Positions 9,530 to 18,136 of a DNA stretch of 49,283 bases are shown here, one piece after another. The notes under the pieces are model-generated. The model was given only the letters and a program-made list of their open reading frames with translations, had not been told where the DNA came from and made no database searches. Every line of letters begins with the position of its first letter. The first letter of the stretch is position 1. The position numbers and the translations under genes were made by a program. This DNA is from Candidatus Bathyarchaeota archaeon. Its GTDB lineage: Archaea; Thermoproteota; Bathyarchaeia; 40CM-2-53-6; CALIRQ01. The DNA lies in assembly GCA_028275385.1 (NCBI GenBank), contig JAPWUR010000001.1, positions 1 through 49,283 of the forward strand, written 5' to 3'.

Positions 9530-10279
9530 TCACCCCCTCCCCCTCCGCATCCTCTCGATGATCTCGGCCACCCTGAGGTTCACTTCGGAGACTATCTCCT
9601 CCTTCTTATCCGGATCCTTGAGCATCAATGTCAGGACCAGGGATGTGGATTTCGGTTCCCTGCTCTTTACCGTTATTATTGGGGGGAATCGCTCATCGAG
9701 GTGGAGCTTCAATTTATTGCAGCTCCTTATCACCTCCCTCTCGAACTCGGCCAAATCGATTCCGCCATCTATGACTATCGGTATCGCTACCTCCTTCCAT
9801 ACGTGGGGAGTGACATTGACCACGATCTCGCGGAGGAAGATCGAGTTGGGGATCGATACCAATTCCTCCTTTTCCGTGAGGAGTATCGTGCTCATCGGGT
9901 TTATCTCTATGACCTTCCCGGAATGCCCGCATACCCTTATGAAATCCCCGACCTTGAAAGGTATGTATACATCGGAGAAGTACTTGGAGGAGAGGTTCCT
10001 TAGGGCATCCACGTTCGCGACTATCGCGGCGGCCCCCAGCAATCCGACGATCAGGAGCAGGAGGTCGATTCTGAGGCCCAGCTGTTCCAGGGCGAAGATC
10101 ACCCCTATGGACCAGATGGAGGCCCAAGCGATGCGCTTGGCGTGTATGGCCATGAGGGGGCTCATGCGGGCGAAGAGCCTCCAGATTATGGCGCTTAGGG
10201 AGCGCGCGACGATCCATGTGGCCAGCACTATGGCCGCGAAGGAGATGATGGGGCGCATTGGCTCAAGTTCGATGATCAA
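9530..10279 (-). CDS. small-conductance mechanosensitive channel (MscS family)
   Basis: N-terminal TM helices are followed by FKVGDFIRVCGHSGKVIEINPMSTILLTEKEELVSIPNS, the MscS beta-domain signature. Confidence 0.8.
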   Translation of the reverse strand: MIIELEPMRPIISFAAIVLATWIVARSLSAIIWRLFARMSPLMAIHAKRIAWASIWSIGVIFALEQLGLRIDLLLLIVGLLGAAAIVANVDALRNLSSKYFSDVYIPFKVGDFIRVCGHSGKVIEINPMSTILLTEKEELVSIPNSIFLREIVVNVTPHVWKEVAIPIVIDGGIDLAEFEREVIRSCNKLKLHLDERFPPIITVKSREPKSTSLVLTLMLKDPDKKEEIVSEVNLRVAEIIERMRRGRG

Positions 10280-10280
10280 G

Positions 10281-11651
10281 TCATATCAACCCCAGTATTA
10301 TCTCAGCCTCCTCCCTGACCCCCCGATCTATTAGGCATCCCCTCGAAGTTTCCAATCCCCTCTCCCCCAAAATCCTCGCCCGCTCCTCATCGAGTAGGAG
10401 GCTCGAGATCTTCTCGGCCAATTCATAGGGGTCATCGGGATCGAATAGGAGGCCGTTCCGCCCATCCTCGATGAGCTCGGCCACCCCCGCCCTAGAGGTC
10501 ACTATGGCGGGCTTCCCATGAAGCCAGCTCTCGATCACGACCAAGCCGAACCCCTCCCTGATCGATGGCAGGACCGTGAGATCGCACCTCCCATAGGCGG
10601 CATTGAGCTGGCTCTGGCTCAGGTGCCCGGCGAAGATGACCCGATCCTCGATGCCCAACCTCTTGGCCAGGGCGCGCAGCTCGCAGGCCCATCTCTCGGC
10701 CTTCGAGAGGCCTATGCCCTGCCTCGAGCTGGAGAAGCTCCCGTTCCCGACCAATAGGAGCTTCACGTTCTGGATCTCCTCGGCCACGATCGCGATCGCC
10801 CTTATCGCCCTATCCTGGCCCTTCATGGGATCGAGCCTGGCCACGACCAAGACGACCCTGTCACCCTCCCTTATGCCCAGGCTCCGGCAAAGCTCGGCAA
10901 TCTCGGCCTCGGTGGGCTTGGCGTAGGGGGTTGGGTCTATATAGGGATATACGTATCGGGCCTCCCCGGCATAGCCGAAGGATTTGAGGGCCTCGAGATA
11001 TCTCTTGCAACTGACTATCACAACATCGTAGCTATTAAAATAAGCGGACAACAGCTCCCTCCACTCCCCGGGGATCATGGATTCATCGAATGGTATGTGC
11101 CATCTGAAGACCTTGGGCTTGAGCGTGCGAAGCATGTGGCCCATTGGCAATTGCTGAAAATCGTGGATGTAGAAGAGGTGGAAGTCGTGCATCTTATCGA
11201 GCTTGATTATGCGCTCGGCCGATAGCCTATTGTAATAAATGTAATCGGAAAATTCATCCTGCCAAATGACTTCGGATACCAACTCGAGCGGGATCCCATG
11301 CACGATCTTCCAGATGGCCTCCTTTACATATCCATAGCCCCTCATCCTTTCCCTCTCGAGCGATATATGATGCAGGATGATCCCATCCACCTTTACCTCC
11401 TCCGGGCCGGCGGGGTTTAGGGAGACCCAATGGGCATCCTCGATGATCCCCTCCCCCAGCATCCTCTTGAGGAGGGGGAAGACCATCCTCGTCACGCCGC
11501 CCGGCGTGAATTGATAATCCCTCCCCTCGGCTAGGCGCGCGAGGTCCAAGGGGGCGCATCCCCTTCCATATAGCCGCTTCAGCTCCTCCCCGGCGATGTT
11601 GAACCTGATGAGCGGCGTTTGGGTATTGACGCAGATCCTCAAAGGAAGCAA
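10281..11651 (-). CDS. GT-B glycosyltransferase, TreT/OtsA-like N-half plus GT4 C-half (disaccharide or glycoside synthase, substrate unknown)
   Basis: FYIHDFQQLPMG...FRWHIPFDESMIPGEW resembles the HDxxxxP / WHIPF(P) block of trehalose synthases. The C-half VVARLDPMKGQD...LPSIREGFGLVVIESWLHGKPAIV is GT4-type. Confidence 0.65.
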   Translation of the reverse strand: MLPLRICVNTQTPLIRFNIAGEELKRLYGRGCAPLDLARLAEGRDYQFTPGGVTRMVFPLLKRMLGEGIIEDAHWVSLNPAGPEEVKVDGIILHHISLERERMRGYGYVKEAIWKIVHGIPLELVSEVIWQDEFSDYIYYNRLSAERIIKLDKMHDFHLFYIHDFQQLPMGHMLRTLKPKVFRWHIPFDESMIPGEWRELLSAYFNSYDVVIVSCKRYLEALKSFGYAGEARYVYPYIDPTPYAKPTEAEIAELCRSLGIREGDRVVLVVARLDPMKGQDRAIRAIAIVAEEIQNVKLLLVGNGSFSSSRQGIGLSKAERWACELRALAKRLGIEDRVIFAGHLSQSQLNAAYGRCDLTVLPSIREGFGLVVIESWLHGKPAIVTSRAGVAELIEDGRNGLLFDPDDPYELAEKISSLLLDEERARILGERGLETSRGCLIDRGVREEAEIILGLI

Positions 11652-11719
11652 GGCTCAGGGGCATTTCGATCGATCGCAGATTAAAATATTGCTTCTGCGA
11701 TATCCCTCGCCAATGCGCC

Positions 11720-12397
11720 ATGAGGGGCCTCGATCTGGCCAAGATATCGGCCGCGGTCGCGGATTACGATAGGACCTTGAGCGGCCCCGACCTTCAGCCC
11801 TCCCCAGAGGCCCTGGGGGCCTTATCCCAGCTCAAGAGCAGGAGGGGCTGGCGCATCGTTATAGCCTCGGGGAGGCCCCTTCGCTTCTTCCTGCAACTCG
11901 GGCAGATCCTGGGGCTGGCCGATGCCATAGTGGCCGAGAACGGGGCCGCGATCCATATCGTAAGGGGTGGCGAAACGATCCTAATGGATCGCGGGGACGT
12001 CCCGATGATCAAGGATTGGTTATCGAGACTCGGCGTCCCCTTCGAGGCCTTCGACGTAATCCTATCGGTCGGGAGGGGGGCTGAGGATATCGTGAAATGG
12101 ATCATCGCCGAGGCCAGCGCGGATGTTAGGATGGAATACAATGTGGATGCGCTTATGGTGCTGCCAAAGGCGGTGAATAAGCTCGGGGGCGTGCGGATGG
12201 CCCTTGAGGCCCTGGGCGCGCATGGGGGATTCATAGCCTTCGGGGATGGCGAGAACGACGCCGAGCTCATAGAGGGGGCCGATTTCGGAGTTGCAGTCGC
12301 CAACGCCGCCGAGGAGGCCAAGGCCAGGGCGGATTATATAACGACCAAGCCCTATGGGGAGGGCGTGGCCGAGTTCATTGAAACCTTCCTCCTATAG
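11720..12397 (+). CDS. HAD-superfamily hydrolase, subfamily IIB (sugar-phosphate phosphatase-like)
   Basis: DYDRTL (DxD nucleophile motif), IASGRP, and GDGENDAELIEGADFGVAVANA (HAD motif IV; Cof/SPP/MPGP-like). Confidence 0.8.
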   Translation: MRGLDLAKISAAVADYDRTLSGPDLQPSPEALGALSQLKSRRGWRIVIASGRPLRFFLQLGQILGLADAIVAENGAAIHIVRGGETILMDRGDVPMIKDWLSRLGVPFEAFDVILSVGRGAEDIVKWIIAEASADVRMEYNVDALMVLPKAVNKLGGVRMALEALGAHGGFIAFGDGENDAELIEGADFGVAVANAAEEAKARADYITTKPYGEGVAEFIETFLL

Positions 12398-12673
12398 CTT
12401 CGAGGGCGCTTCGCCCCCTCGCCTTCGCGAGGATCTGGGCTATGGCCGACCGCCCTTCCCTCATAAACTCGCAAGCCTTTAGAGGGCGAGATGGGCGTCC
12501 ATAACCCCCTTGGCAGTAGGGGGCCGAGCCGGGGCGCGGATTACGGGGGATGGGAGTCGATTTTGATCGATCCCACGAAGGCCTACTTGTGGCGCTTCAT
12601 GGATCCCTTCATAGGAATTCGAATATGGTGCGGGGGGTGGGATTTGAACCCACGAAGGCCTGCGCCACAGGAT

Positions 12674-12692
12674 GTCGTACCCTGCGACGGAT
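12674..12692 (-). other. tRNA-Leu intron 2, canonical position 37/38 (19 nt, ATCCGTCGCAGGGTACGAC)
   Basis: The anticodon stem forms the outer helix. Central helix is CTTA/TACG (3 of 4 pairs, one U-C mismatch). Bulges are AGA and ACA. Inner helix is TCC/GGG. The splice junction G37|A38 restores the loop CUUAAGA. Confidence 0.6.
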
Positions 12693-12699
12693 CTTAAGT

Positions 12700-12717
12700 C
12701 TGGCACCCGCTCGGGGC
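12700..12717 (-). other. tRNA-Leu intron 1, non-canonical position 30/31 (18 nt, GCCCCGAGCGGGTGCCAG)
   Basis: BHB motif. Central 4-bp helix GGCA/TGCC is flanked by 3-nt bulges GGG and AGA on opposite strands. Inner helix is CCC/GGG and outer helix AGG/CTT. Cleavage after the second bulge nucleotide gives exactly the junction CAGG|A. Confidence 0.7.
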
Positions 12718-12750
12718 CCTGCCCCTTTGGCCTGACTCGGGAACCCCCGC

Positions 12751-12811
12751 CGCTAGGCGGCATCTAAAGATATAAAAACCCGGAGAAAAATATTCCCCCT
12801 CGACATCGCGA
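12751..12811. promoter_or_regulatory. bidirectional tRNA promoter spacer with two TATA-like boxes
   Basis: TTTTTATATC (minus strand, 12769-12778) is centred ~24 nt upstream of the tRNA-Leu 5' end. AAAAATATT (12786-12794) is centred ~22 nt upstream of the tRNA-Arg 5' end. Confidence 0.45.
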
Positions 12812-12906
12812 GGGCCCGTGGCTCAGCCTGGATAGGGCTAGGGGGCGTCCAGAGCGGCGGCCTCCTAAGTCGTAGGTCGTGGGTTCGAATCCCACCGGGC
12901 CCGCCA
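12812..12906 (+). tRNA. tRNA-Arg(CCU) with a 17-nt intron in the D-arm; CCA encoded
   Basis: GGGCCCG TG GCTC AGCCTGGATA G[17 nt]AGC G GCGGC CTCCTAA GTCGT AGGTC GTGGG TTCGAAT CCCAC CGGGCCC G CCA. Without the insert, the D stem GCTC/GAGC and the typical GGATAGAGC D-loop are restored. Confidence 0.85.
12836..12852 (+). other. tRNA-Arg intron, non-canonical D-arm position (about 22/23), 17 nt GGCTAGGGGGCGTCCAG
   Basis: BHB motif. Central helix is GGAT/GTCC (one G-U pair). The 3-nt bulges are AGG and AGA. Cleavage after the second bulge nucleotide yields the junction GGATAG|AGC. The outer helix is weak. Confidence 0.65.
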
Positions 12907-13071
12907 CTCCAGCCATCAATGCGCTCTCGGATAACCCCATAATCCCAGGCATGCGCATCCGCGGCCCACGGCCGCACGATCCAAGCCATCTGGGGGATCT
13001 TGGCTTTTGGGATGGCGGGGCCCCCGGAAAGCTAAAAAACATGGCGCATCGAGTTGCGCGGGGCGGGGTTC

Positions 13072-14208
13072 ATGGCCAAATATAAGATCGCCAAGCTCCC
13101 GGGCGATGGCATAGGCCGCGATGTCATGGAAGCCGCCGAAATCGTGCTCGATGCCCTGCAGCTCGACGCGGAATACGTGGAGGGGGACATAGGTTGGGAG
13201 TTTTGGAAGAGGGAGGGCAACGCTTTGCCGGATCGGACGATCGAGTTGTTAAAGGAGACCGATTGCGCGCTGCTCGGGGCGATAACATCGAAGCCGAAGG
13301 AGGAGGCCGAGGTGGAGCTAGATCCGGCCCTGAGGGGGAAGGGCTACTCCTACGTCAGCCCCATCGTCAGGATGCGCCAGATCCTGAACCTTCATACGAA
13401 TATGCGGCCCTGCAAGGCCTATCCCGGGAATCCATTGAACTATAGGGAAGGGATCGACTTGGTGATCTTTCGCGAGAACACGGAGTGCCTTTATTCTGGG
13501 GTGGAGTTCCACCCCCTCCCAAGGGAGGTCTTCGAAGCCCTCTCGATAAACCCGGAGATGAGGAAGTTCGAGAAATATGGGTTGGAGAACATAGCCCTCA
13601 CCGCGCGCATACTCACGCGCCAAGCCTGCGAGAACATAGCCCGGCAGGCCTTCGAATACGCGAGGAAGCACAAAAGGCGATCCGTGACGGTCGTCGATAA
13701 GCCAAACGTCCTCCGCGAGACCGGCTGGATTATGGTGAGCTCGGCCAGGAGGGTGGCGAGGGATTACCCCGAGATACCCCTTCGAGAAGCGAATATAGAT
13801 TCGCTATGCATGTGGCTCCTGAAGAACCCATTGGATTACGATGTCATAGTGGCATCGAATATGTTTGGGGATATATTATCCGATCTGGCGGCCCAGCTGG
13901 TTGGAGGCCTCGGCTTCGCGCCATCCGCCAACATAGGCGACGATTACGCGGTCTTCGAGCCCACCCACGGCTCGGCGCCAAAGTACGCTGGGCAATATAA
14001 GGCGAATCCGATAGCGATGATCCTATCGGTGAAGCTCATGCTCGATTGGCTCGGCGAAGTCGAGATGGCGAATCGCTTGGAGGCCGCGGTGGCCAGGGTC
14101 ATTCGAGAGGGTCGGGTGAGGACCTATGATATGGGCGGCAACGCCACAACGCTGGACGTGGCTCGCGAGATAGCGAGATACGCCAAGGAGGGGGGCGCTC
14201 GATCTTGA
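13072..14208 (+). CDS. isocitrate/isopropylmalate/homoisocitrate dehydrogenase family protein (possibly LeuB-type)
   Basis: MAKYKIAKLPGDGIGRDV..., IVRMRQILNLHTNMRPCK, FRENTECLYSG and NMFGDILSDLAAQLVGGLGFAPSANIG are family signatures. The ATG at 13072 is preferred over 13054. Confidence 0.8.
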   Translation: MAKYKIAKLPGDGIGRDVMEAAEIVLDALQLDAEYVEGDIGWEFWKREGNALPDRTIELLKETDCALLGAITSKPKEEAEVELDPALRGKGYSYVSPIVRMRQILNLHTNMRPCKAYPGNPLNYREGIDLVIFRENTECLYSGVEFHPLPREVFEALSINPEMRKFEKYGLENIALTARILTRQACENIARQAFEYARKHKRRSVTVVDKPNVLRETGWIMVSSARRVARDYPEIPLREANIDSLCMWLLKNPLDYDVIVASNMFGDILSDLAAQLVGGLGFAPSANIGDDYAVFEPTHGSAPKYAGQYKANPIAMILSVKLMLDWLGEVEMANRLEAAVARVIREGRVRTYDMGGNATTLDVAREIARYAKEGGARS

Positions 14209-14239
14209 CGCGCTCGCTCGACCGGATGGGGCCGCTGGG

Positions 14240-15082
14240 CTAAGCGTACGCGAAGAGGAGGACCGAAAGGGCCGCTGTCGAGATGCCGAATATATTGGAT
14301 GCCTTAACCTCCTCGCGCCAAATCAAGATCGCCAAAGCGCTCGTGAAGACGAAGCTCAATTGGACTATGGAGAAGCTCGCGCTAACGTCGCCGCGCTTCA
14401 GGGATTCCAAGAGCAATAGGAAGGCCGACGCGAGGAGGACCCCGCAAAATGGCGCGTGGGATAGGATGCCGCGCTCGATCCTCAAAGCGCCCCTTGAAAG
14501 GGCCACGGCGAAGGAGAGGGCGATGAACGTAGCGCCCTGGGCCGTTAAGACCCCTATCGGCTCCGATCCCCCCGCGACCGCGAGCTTGTATAGGACCCCG
14601 AATACGCTATAGAGGAGCATGGCCGATATCAGATGCCGAGGCGCCCCTCGGCGTGACCTGGCCCATAGGCCCTTGGATAGGGACAATATGCCGAGGGCGG
14701 AGAGGCAGATGGCGAGGATCTTCCCGGGGGTCGCGGCCTCCTTCAATATCAGAAAGGCCATCACGGCGGTTGGTATGAAGCTCAATCTGAATATCGGGAC
14801 GTTCACGCTAGCTTGGCCCTCCCCCAAGCTCTTCAAGAAGAGGTAGGTGGAGAGATAGAGGATGGAGCCGCACCCCGCGCCGAATAGGATAGTCCGGCCG
14901 GGCACCTCGAGGTTGCCCGAATGGGCGAAGAGGGCCAAAGCGGTGGCGTTGAAGAAGATGGCCTGTACGGGGAGGAAGGAATCCGGGGGTATCCCCTTGG
15001 AGCGGGCCCTCTTATATATGAGGTCAGAGGTCCCCGTGGAAACCATGCTCAGGACGGCGAATAGGATGGAATCTAAGGCCAT
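14240..15082 (-). CDS. EamA/DMT-superfamily transporter
   Basis: 280-aa protein with about ten hydrophobic spans and a two-fold internal EamA-like organisation. Confidence 0.65.
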   Translation of the reverse strand: MALDSILFAVLSMVSTGTSDLIYKRARSKGIPPDSFLPVQAIFFNATALALFAHSGNLEVPGRTILFGAGCGSILYLSTYLFLKSLGEGQASVNVPIFRLSFIPTAVMAFLILKEAATPGKILAICLSALGILSLSKGLWARSRRGAPRHLISAMLLYSVFGVLYKLAVAGGSEPIGVLTAQGATFIALSFAVALSRGALRIERGILSHAPFCGVLLASAFLLLLESLKRGDVSASFSIVQLSFVFTSALAILIWREEVKASNIFGISTAALSVLLFAYA

Positions 15083-15344
15083 CCCCGAGCCTCACCCGCT
15101 GTGGCGTTGGAGGGCGCCATTGGCGCTCCGCGGAACAAAAGGGGCCCTCGGCGATTTCCCAAGTCCGGATTCCCCACAGCGCTTCCCGGGTCAAAATCGA
15201 CCGCGCATATAAATTTCCTCCCCAGCTATTGGGGGCCAATTCTCGAGGCCCCCCGACCAAAAGGGGGAGCGCGGACCGGGCCCCGGATCCCGAGCTAAAT
15301 TTTAAATAGAAAATGCCGGAGAAGGGGATCGCAAGTGATCGCAA

Positions 15345-16511
15345 ATGTTGGTCTTCCCGAAGGAGGAATTCGTGGCGAGGAATCAAAAATGCATAGAGCT
15401 GATGAGGGAGAAGGGCCTTGACGCCATATTGGCCTTCACGGATTATTTCAAGCACGCGTCGATCCGCTATTTAACCGGGTATACCTATCAACCGGTCTGG
15501 CTGGCATCATCGACCTACATACTGCCCCGCGAGGGCGAGCCGACCTTGCTTGTCGATCGCTTCATGGACGCCGTAAAGGAGCAGGTGTGGGTGAGCGACG
15601 TCAGGACCATAAGCGGTTGGCTCGAGAGGCCGGGGCCGGCGGGGACCCTCTTGGCGGTGGCCGACGCGACCGCCGAGATACTCCGCGAGAAGGGATTGGA
15701 GAGGGCGAAGATAGGCTTGATAGGGTACGACATAATGCCGGCCATGTGCTTCGATAGGATGAAGGGGAGGCTCCCAGATGCCCAGTTCATAGACGTCAGC
15801 GAGGAATTCGAGAGGTTGAGAATGGTCAAAAGCGATAACGAAATAGCGCTCATTAAAAAGGCGAACTCGATAATCAGCAAGGGATACGAAGCGGCCATAG
15901 AGGCCATAAGGCCCGGCAGGACCGAGGCCGATGTCGGATCCGCCATGATGGAAGCGCTCCTCGATGCCGGCGCCGATTTCATCCTAGCCCTGTGGGTTGT
16001 ATCGGGCAAGGCCGCGGAGAGGGTCTATAGGACCCCATTGATAACGAATAGGGAGTTGAAGAAGGGCGATATGGTTTGGATGGATTGCGGGATGGCGTAT
16101 AAGGGATACTTCGCGGACGTCGGCAGGACCACGGTCGTTGGCAAGGCCACGGAGAAGCAAAAGAGGCTTTGCGATGCGGTCCTCAAGATGCACAAGAACG
16201 CGGCCAGCATAATGAAGCCGGGCGTGAAGGCGGGGGATATCTATGAGGAAATGCGGCGCACCGCCGTGGAGACGGGGTACGGGGACTATTTCAAGCCCGG
16301 CGGATTCGTGGGCCATAACATAGGCGTCACATTGGACGATTATCCCTTGATAAAGCCCGATGAGCCGACGCCGTTGGAGAAGAACATGGTCATGAACATA
16401 GACCCGAAGCTCTTCGTCCCAGGGGTCGGCGGAGCGAGGATCGAGGATTCGTATTTGATAACCGAGGACGGGGCGAAGAGGCTTACGAAGGTCCCGCAGA
16501 AGCTGTGGTGA
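15345..16511 (+). CDS. M24 family metallopeptidase (Xaa-Pro peptidase/creatinase-like)
   Basis: A creatinase-type N-domain precedes a pita-bread domain with metal-ligand context DCGMAYKGYFADVGRT, GHNIG and GARIEDSYLIT. Confidence 0.8.
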   Translation: MLVFPKEEFVARNQKCIELMREKGLDAILAFTDYFKHASIRYLTGYTYQPVWLASSTYILPREGEPTLLVDRFMDAVKEQVWVSDVRTISGWLERPGPAGTLLAVADATAEILREKGLERAKIGLIGYDIMPAMCFDRMKGRLPDAQFIDVSEEFERLRMVKSDNEIALIKKANSIISKGYEAAIEAIRPGRTEADVGSAMMEALLDAGADFILALWVVSGKAAERVYRTPLITNRELKKGDMVWMDCGMAYKGYFADVGRTTVVGKATEKQKRLCDAVLKMHKNAASIMKPGVKAGDIYEEMRRTAVETGYGDYFKPGGFVGHNIGVTLDDYPLIKPDEPTPLEKNMVMNIDPKLFVPGVGGARIEDSYLITEDGAKRLTKVPQKLW

Positions 16512-16589
16512 GCCTCCCAGAGGCCCCAGTTACGCTTTGAGGAGCCGGATCCGGCGCCCCCTTCTTTAATCCTAGGCCCCCATCCGCGA

Positions 16590-17972
16590 TCATAGCTCCT
16601 CGGCCCTCCCAAGCTCCGGGGCCTTGGCTTCGCAGATCCCGGAGAGGAATCTGGCCAAGAGGCTCGGGTGCTCCGTATGGATCGGATATACCCTATCGGG
16701 CCCCACCTCGGCGACCACGCTCCTTATCTCGTTCGGCATCGCGTGGCCGGAGCAATGGACCCTATACATGGGGATTCCAAAATGATCGAGCCAATTGACC
16801 AGCTTCTCCCTCTCCAGCTCCATCTCCTCGTTGAAGGGCTCGGATGTGGATAGGATATAGCAGCTCCCGGGCTCGGGTCCTATGCGGATTATCTCCCTGA
16901 GGTCTTGGAAGGGACACGCGAGTATCAATTTATCCTGGAAGCGCTTAACGTCCTCCGCCCCAATCACTCTGCATCGATCCAGCAGTTCTTCCTCCCAATC
17001 GTAATAGGACCTCTTGGAGCGCCTGTAAACGGCTATTCGATCGTCCGCCTCGGGGTCGGGGACCTTGAGGCCCCTATCCCCCCTCAAGGCCCTAAGGAGG
17101 TGGGCCTGCTTCATGGGTATGGCCATCATCCTGCCGCTCTCCTCGGCGACCTCGAGGAACGTATTCAACCTATCCAAATCGGCCATCGAGAAATCCGCCA
17201 GCACCAGGCCCTTGGACTCGAGGATTATCTTCCTCAGCTTACCTCTGACGTCAAGCTCGCCCATCACCTCCCCATCCAAGATGTTCGTCCCCTCCGTGAT
17301 CATAGCATTTGGGCCCAGCCCCGACGCCCCATCGACGAAATCCATCGTCATCTCAGGCTTGTTGCCGTGGAGCCTATAATCCCCGGTATAAGCCAGGGAG
17401 GCGCCCGGCGCGCTGATCAAAAAGCCATACGATCCGGGCACGGAATGATCCACGTGGATGGGTTCCACATCGAATGGGCCTATCCTTATCCTCGAGCCGG
17501 TCCTGAAAGCGATCAACGAGAGGCCTTCGAGATCGTTCTCCAATCCCTTTGGCCTGACCTCGGCCAGGGCCTCGAGTATCGCCTTCGCCGTTTCCCCGCA
17601 ATATACCGGGACGTCCCTCCGCAAAAGCGATAGGCAACCCGAGTGATCCGAATGCGAATGGGAGATTAGCACAGCATCCAATGGCTCCGACTCCCCACCC
17701 TGGAACCTATAGGCGCCCTCGATCTCCGGGACTATCCCCAGGCCTATGAGGTCCTCCCAGGCCCTCGGCGAAAGCCACGGCTCGGAGTAGAACTTTCGCT
17801 TCTCGGAGAAGCTCATGCCGAAGTCGAGCAGTATCCTATAGCCTTCGCACTCCAAGAGGATTTTATTCCCGCCGACCTCCCCCACCCCTCCGAGGAACTT
17901 GATAATCATCGCGCAGCCCCGCCAATCGAGGGTTTGCCCAATCGCCGCAACAGCATTGTCTTCCAGCGGCAT
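16590..17972 (-). CDS. MBL-fold beta-CASP ribonuclease (archaeal RNase J / aCPSF2-like)
   Basis: MIIKFLGGVGEVGGNKILLE...VLISHSHSDHSG (HxHxDH). The conserved domain starts at Met 17909. A TATA box ~27 nt upstream of the ATG at 17972 suggests a leaderless mRNA using the longer start. Confidence 0.75.
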   Translation of the reverse strand: MPLEDNAVAAIGQTLDWRGCAMIIKFLGGVGEVGGNKILLECEGYRILLDFGMSFSEKRKFYSEPWLSPRAWEDLIGLGIVPEIEGAYRFQGGESEPLDAVLISHSHSDHSGCLSLLRRDVPVYCGETAKAILEALAEVRPKGLENDLEGLSLIAFRTGSRIRIGPFDVEPIHVDHSVPGSYGFLISAPGASLAYTGDYRLHGNKPEMTMDFVDGASGLGPNAMITEGTNILDGEVMGELDVRGKLRKIILESKGLVLADFSMADLDRLNTFLEVAEESGRMMAIPMKQAHLLRALRGDRGLKVPDPEADDRIAVYRRSKRSYYDWEEELLDRCRVIGAEDVKRFQDKLILACPFQDLREIIRIGPEPGSCYILSTSEPFNEEMELEREKLVNWLDHFGIPMYRVHCSGHAMPNEIRSVVAEVGPDRVYPIHTEHPSLLARFLSGICEAKAPELGRAEEL

Positions 17973-17995
17973 CGTTTCCTTGGATTATGCAAGGC

Positions 17996-18002
17996 TTATA
18001 AA
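17996..18002 (-). promoter_or_regulatory. TATA box (TTTATAA) for the beta-CASP RNase gene
   Basis: CCCTTTATAAGCC on the minus strand, centred ~27 nt upstream of the ATG at 17972. Confidence 0.4.
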
Positions 18003-18136
18003 GGGTTCCTGAGGGGTGCGCGCCTCCGACCTCGATGGATCCCAATCCAGCGCTCCGCCGGGGCGGGGATTTGGGGATGATGGGCGGGGCATCTCGTTGC
18101 CCTCCCCGGTTCCCGGCGAGAATCGCGCCGGGCGCC

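Larger units (their letters stand above)
12626..12750 (-). tRNA. tRNA-Leu(UAA), class II, with two introns; CCA encoded
   Basis: Reverse complement is GCGGGGGTT CCCGAGTCAGGCCAAAGGGG CAGG[18 nt]A CTTAAG[19 nt]A TCCTG TGGCGCAGGCCTTC GTGGGTTCAAATCCCAC CCCCCGC A CCA. It has a 7-bp acceptor stem, a 3-bp D stem, a long variable arm and discriminator A73. After splicing the anticodon arm is a perfect CAGGA/CTTAAGA/TCCTG, and the mature length is 85 nt plus CCA. Confidence 0.85.

Noticed and set aside
8379-10334. Long antisense ORFs (290 aa opposite purC; 301 aa opposite the MscS gene).
   Set aside because: These are shadow ORFs of well-supported genes, with Ser/Pro/Arg-rich low-complexity translations. 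The same applies to 21532..22395, 27449..28165, 31293..32441, 37064..37821, 46118..46915 and 47110..48051.
12398-12625. Possible third tRNA or small RNA downstream of tRNA-Leu. Features noted: GGGAGTCGATTTTGATCGATCCC, a TTCGAAT string, and ORFs 12479..12763 and 12491..12697.
   Set aside because: No acceptor/T-arm combination or GTTCRANYC T-loop context could be built. The ORFs overlap the tRNA gene and are Pro/Gly/Arg-rich.
15327-15344. Direct repeat GATCGCAA-GT-GATCGCAA immediately before the M24 peptidase ATG.
   Set aside because: Only two 8-nt copies and no further occurrences in the window. This is too little to call a regulatory site or repeat family.
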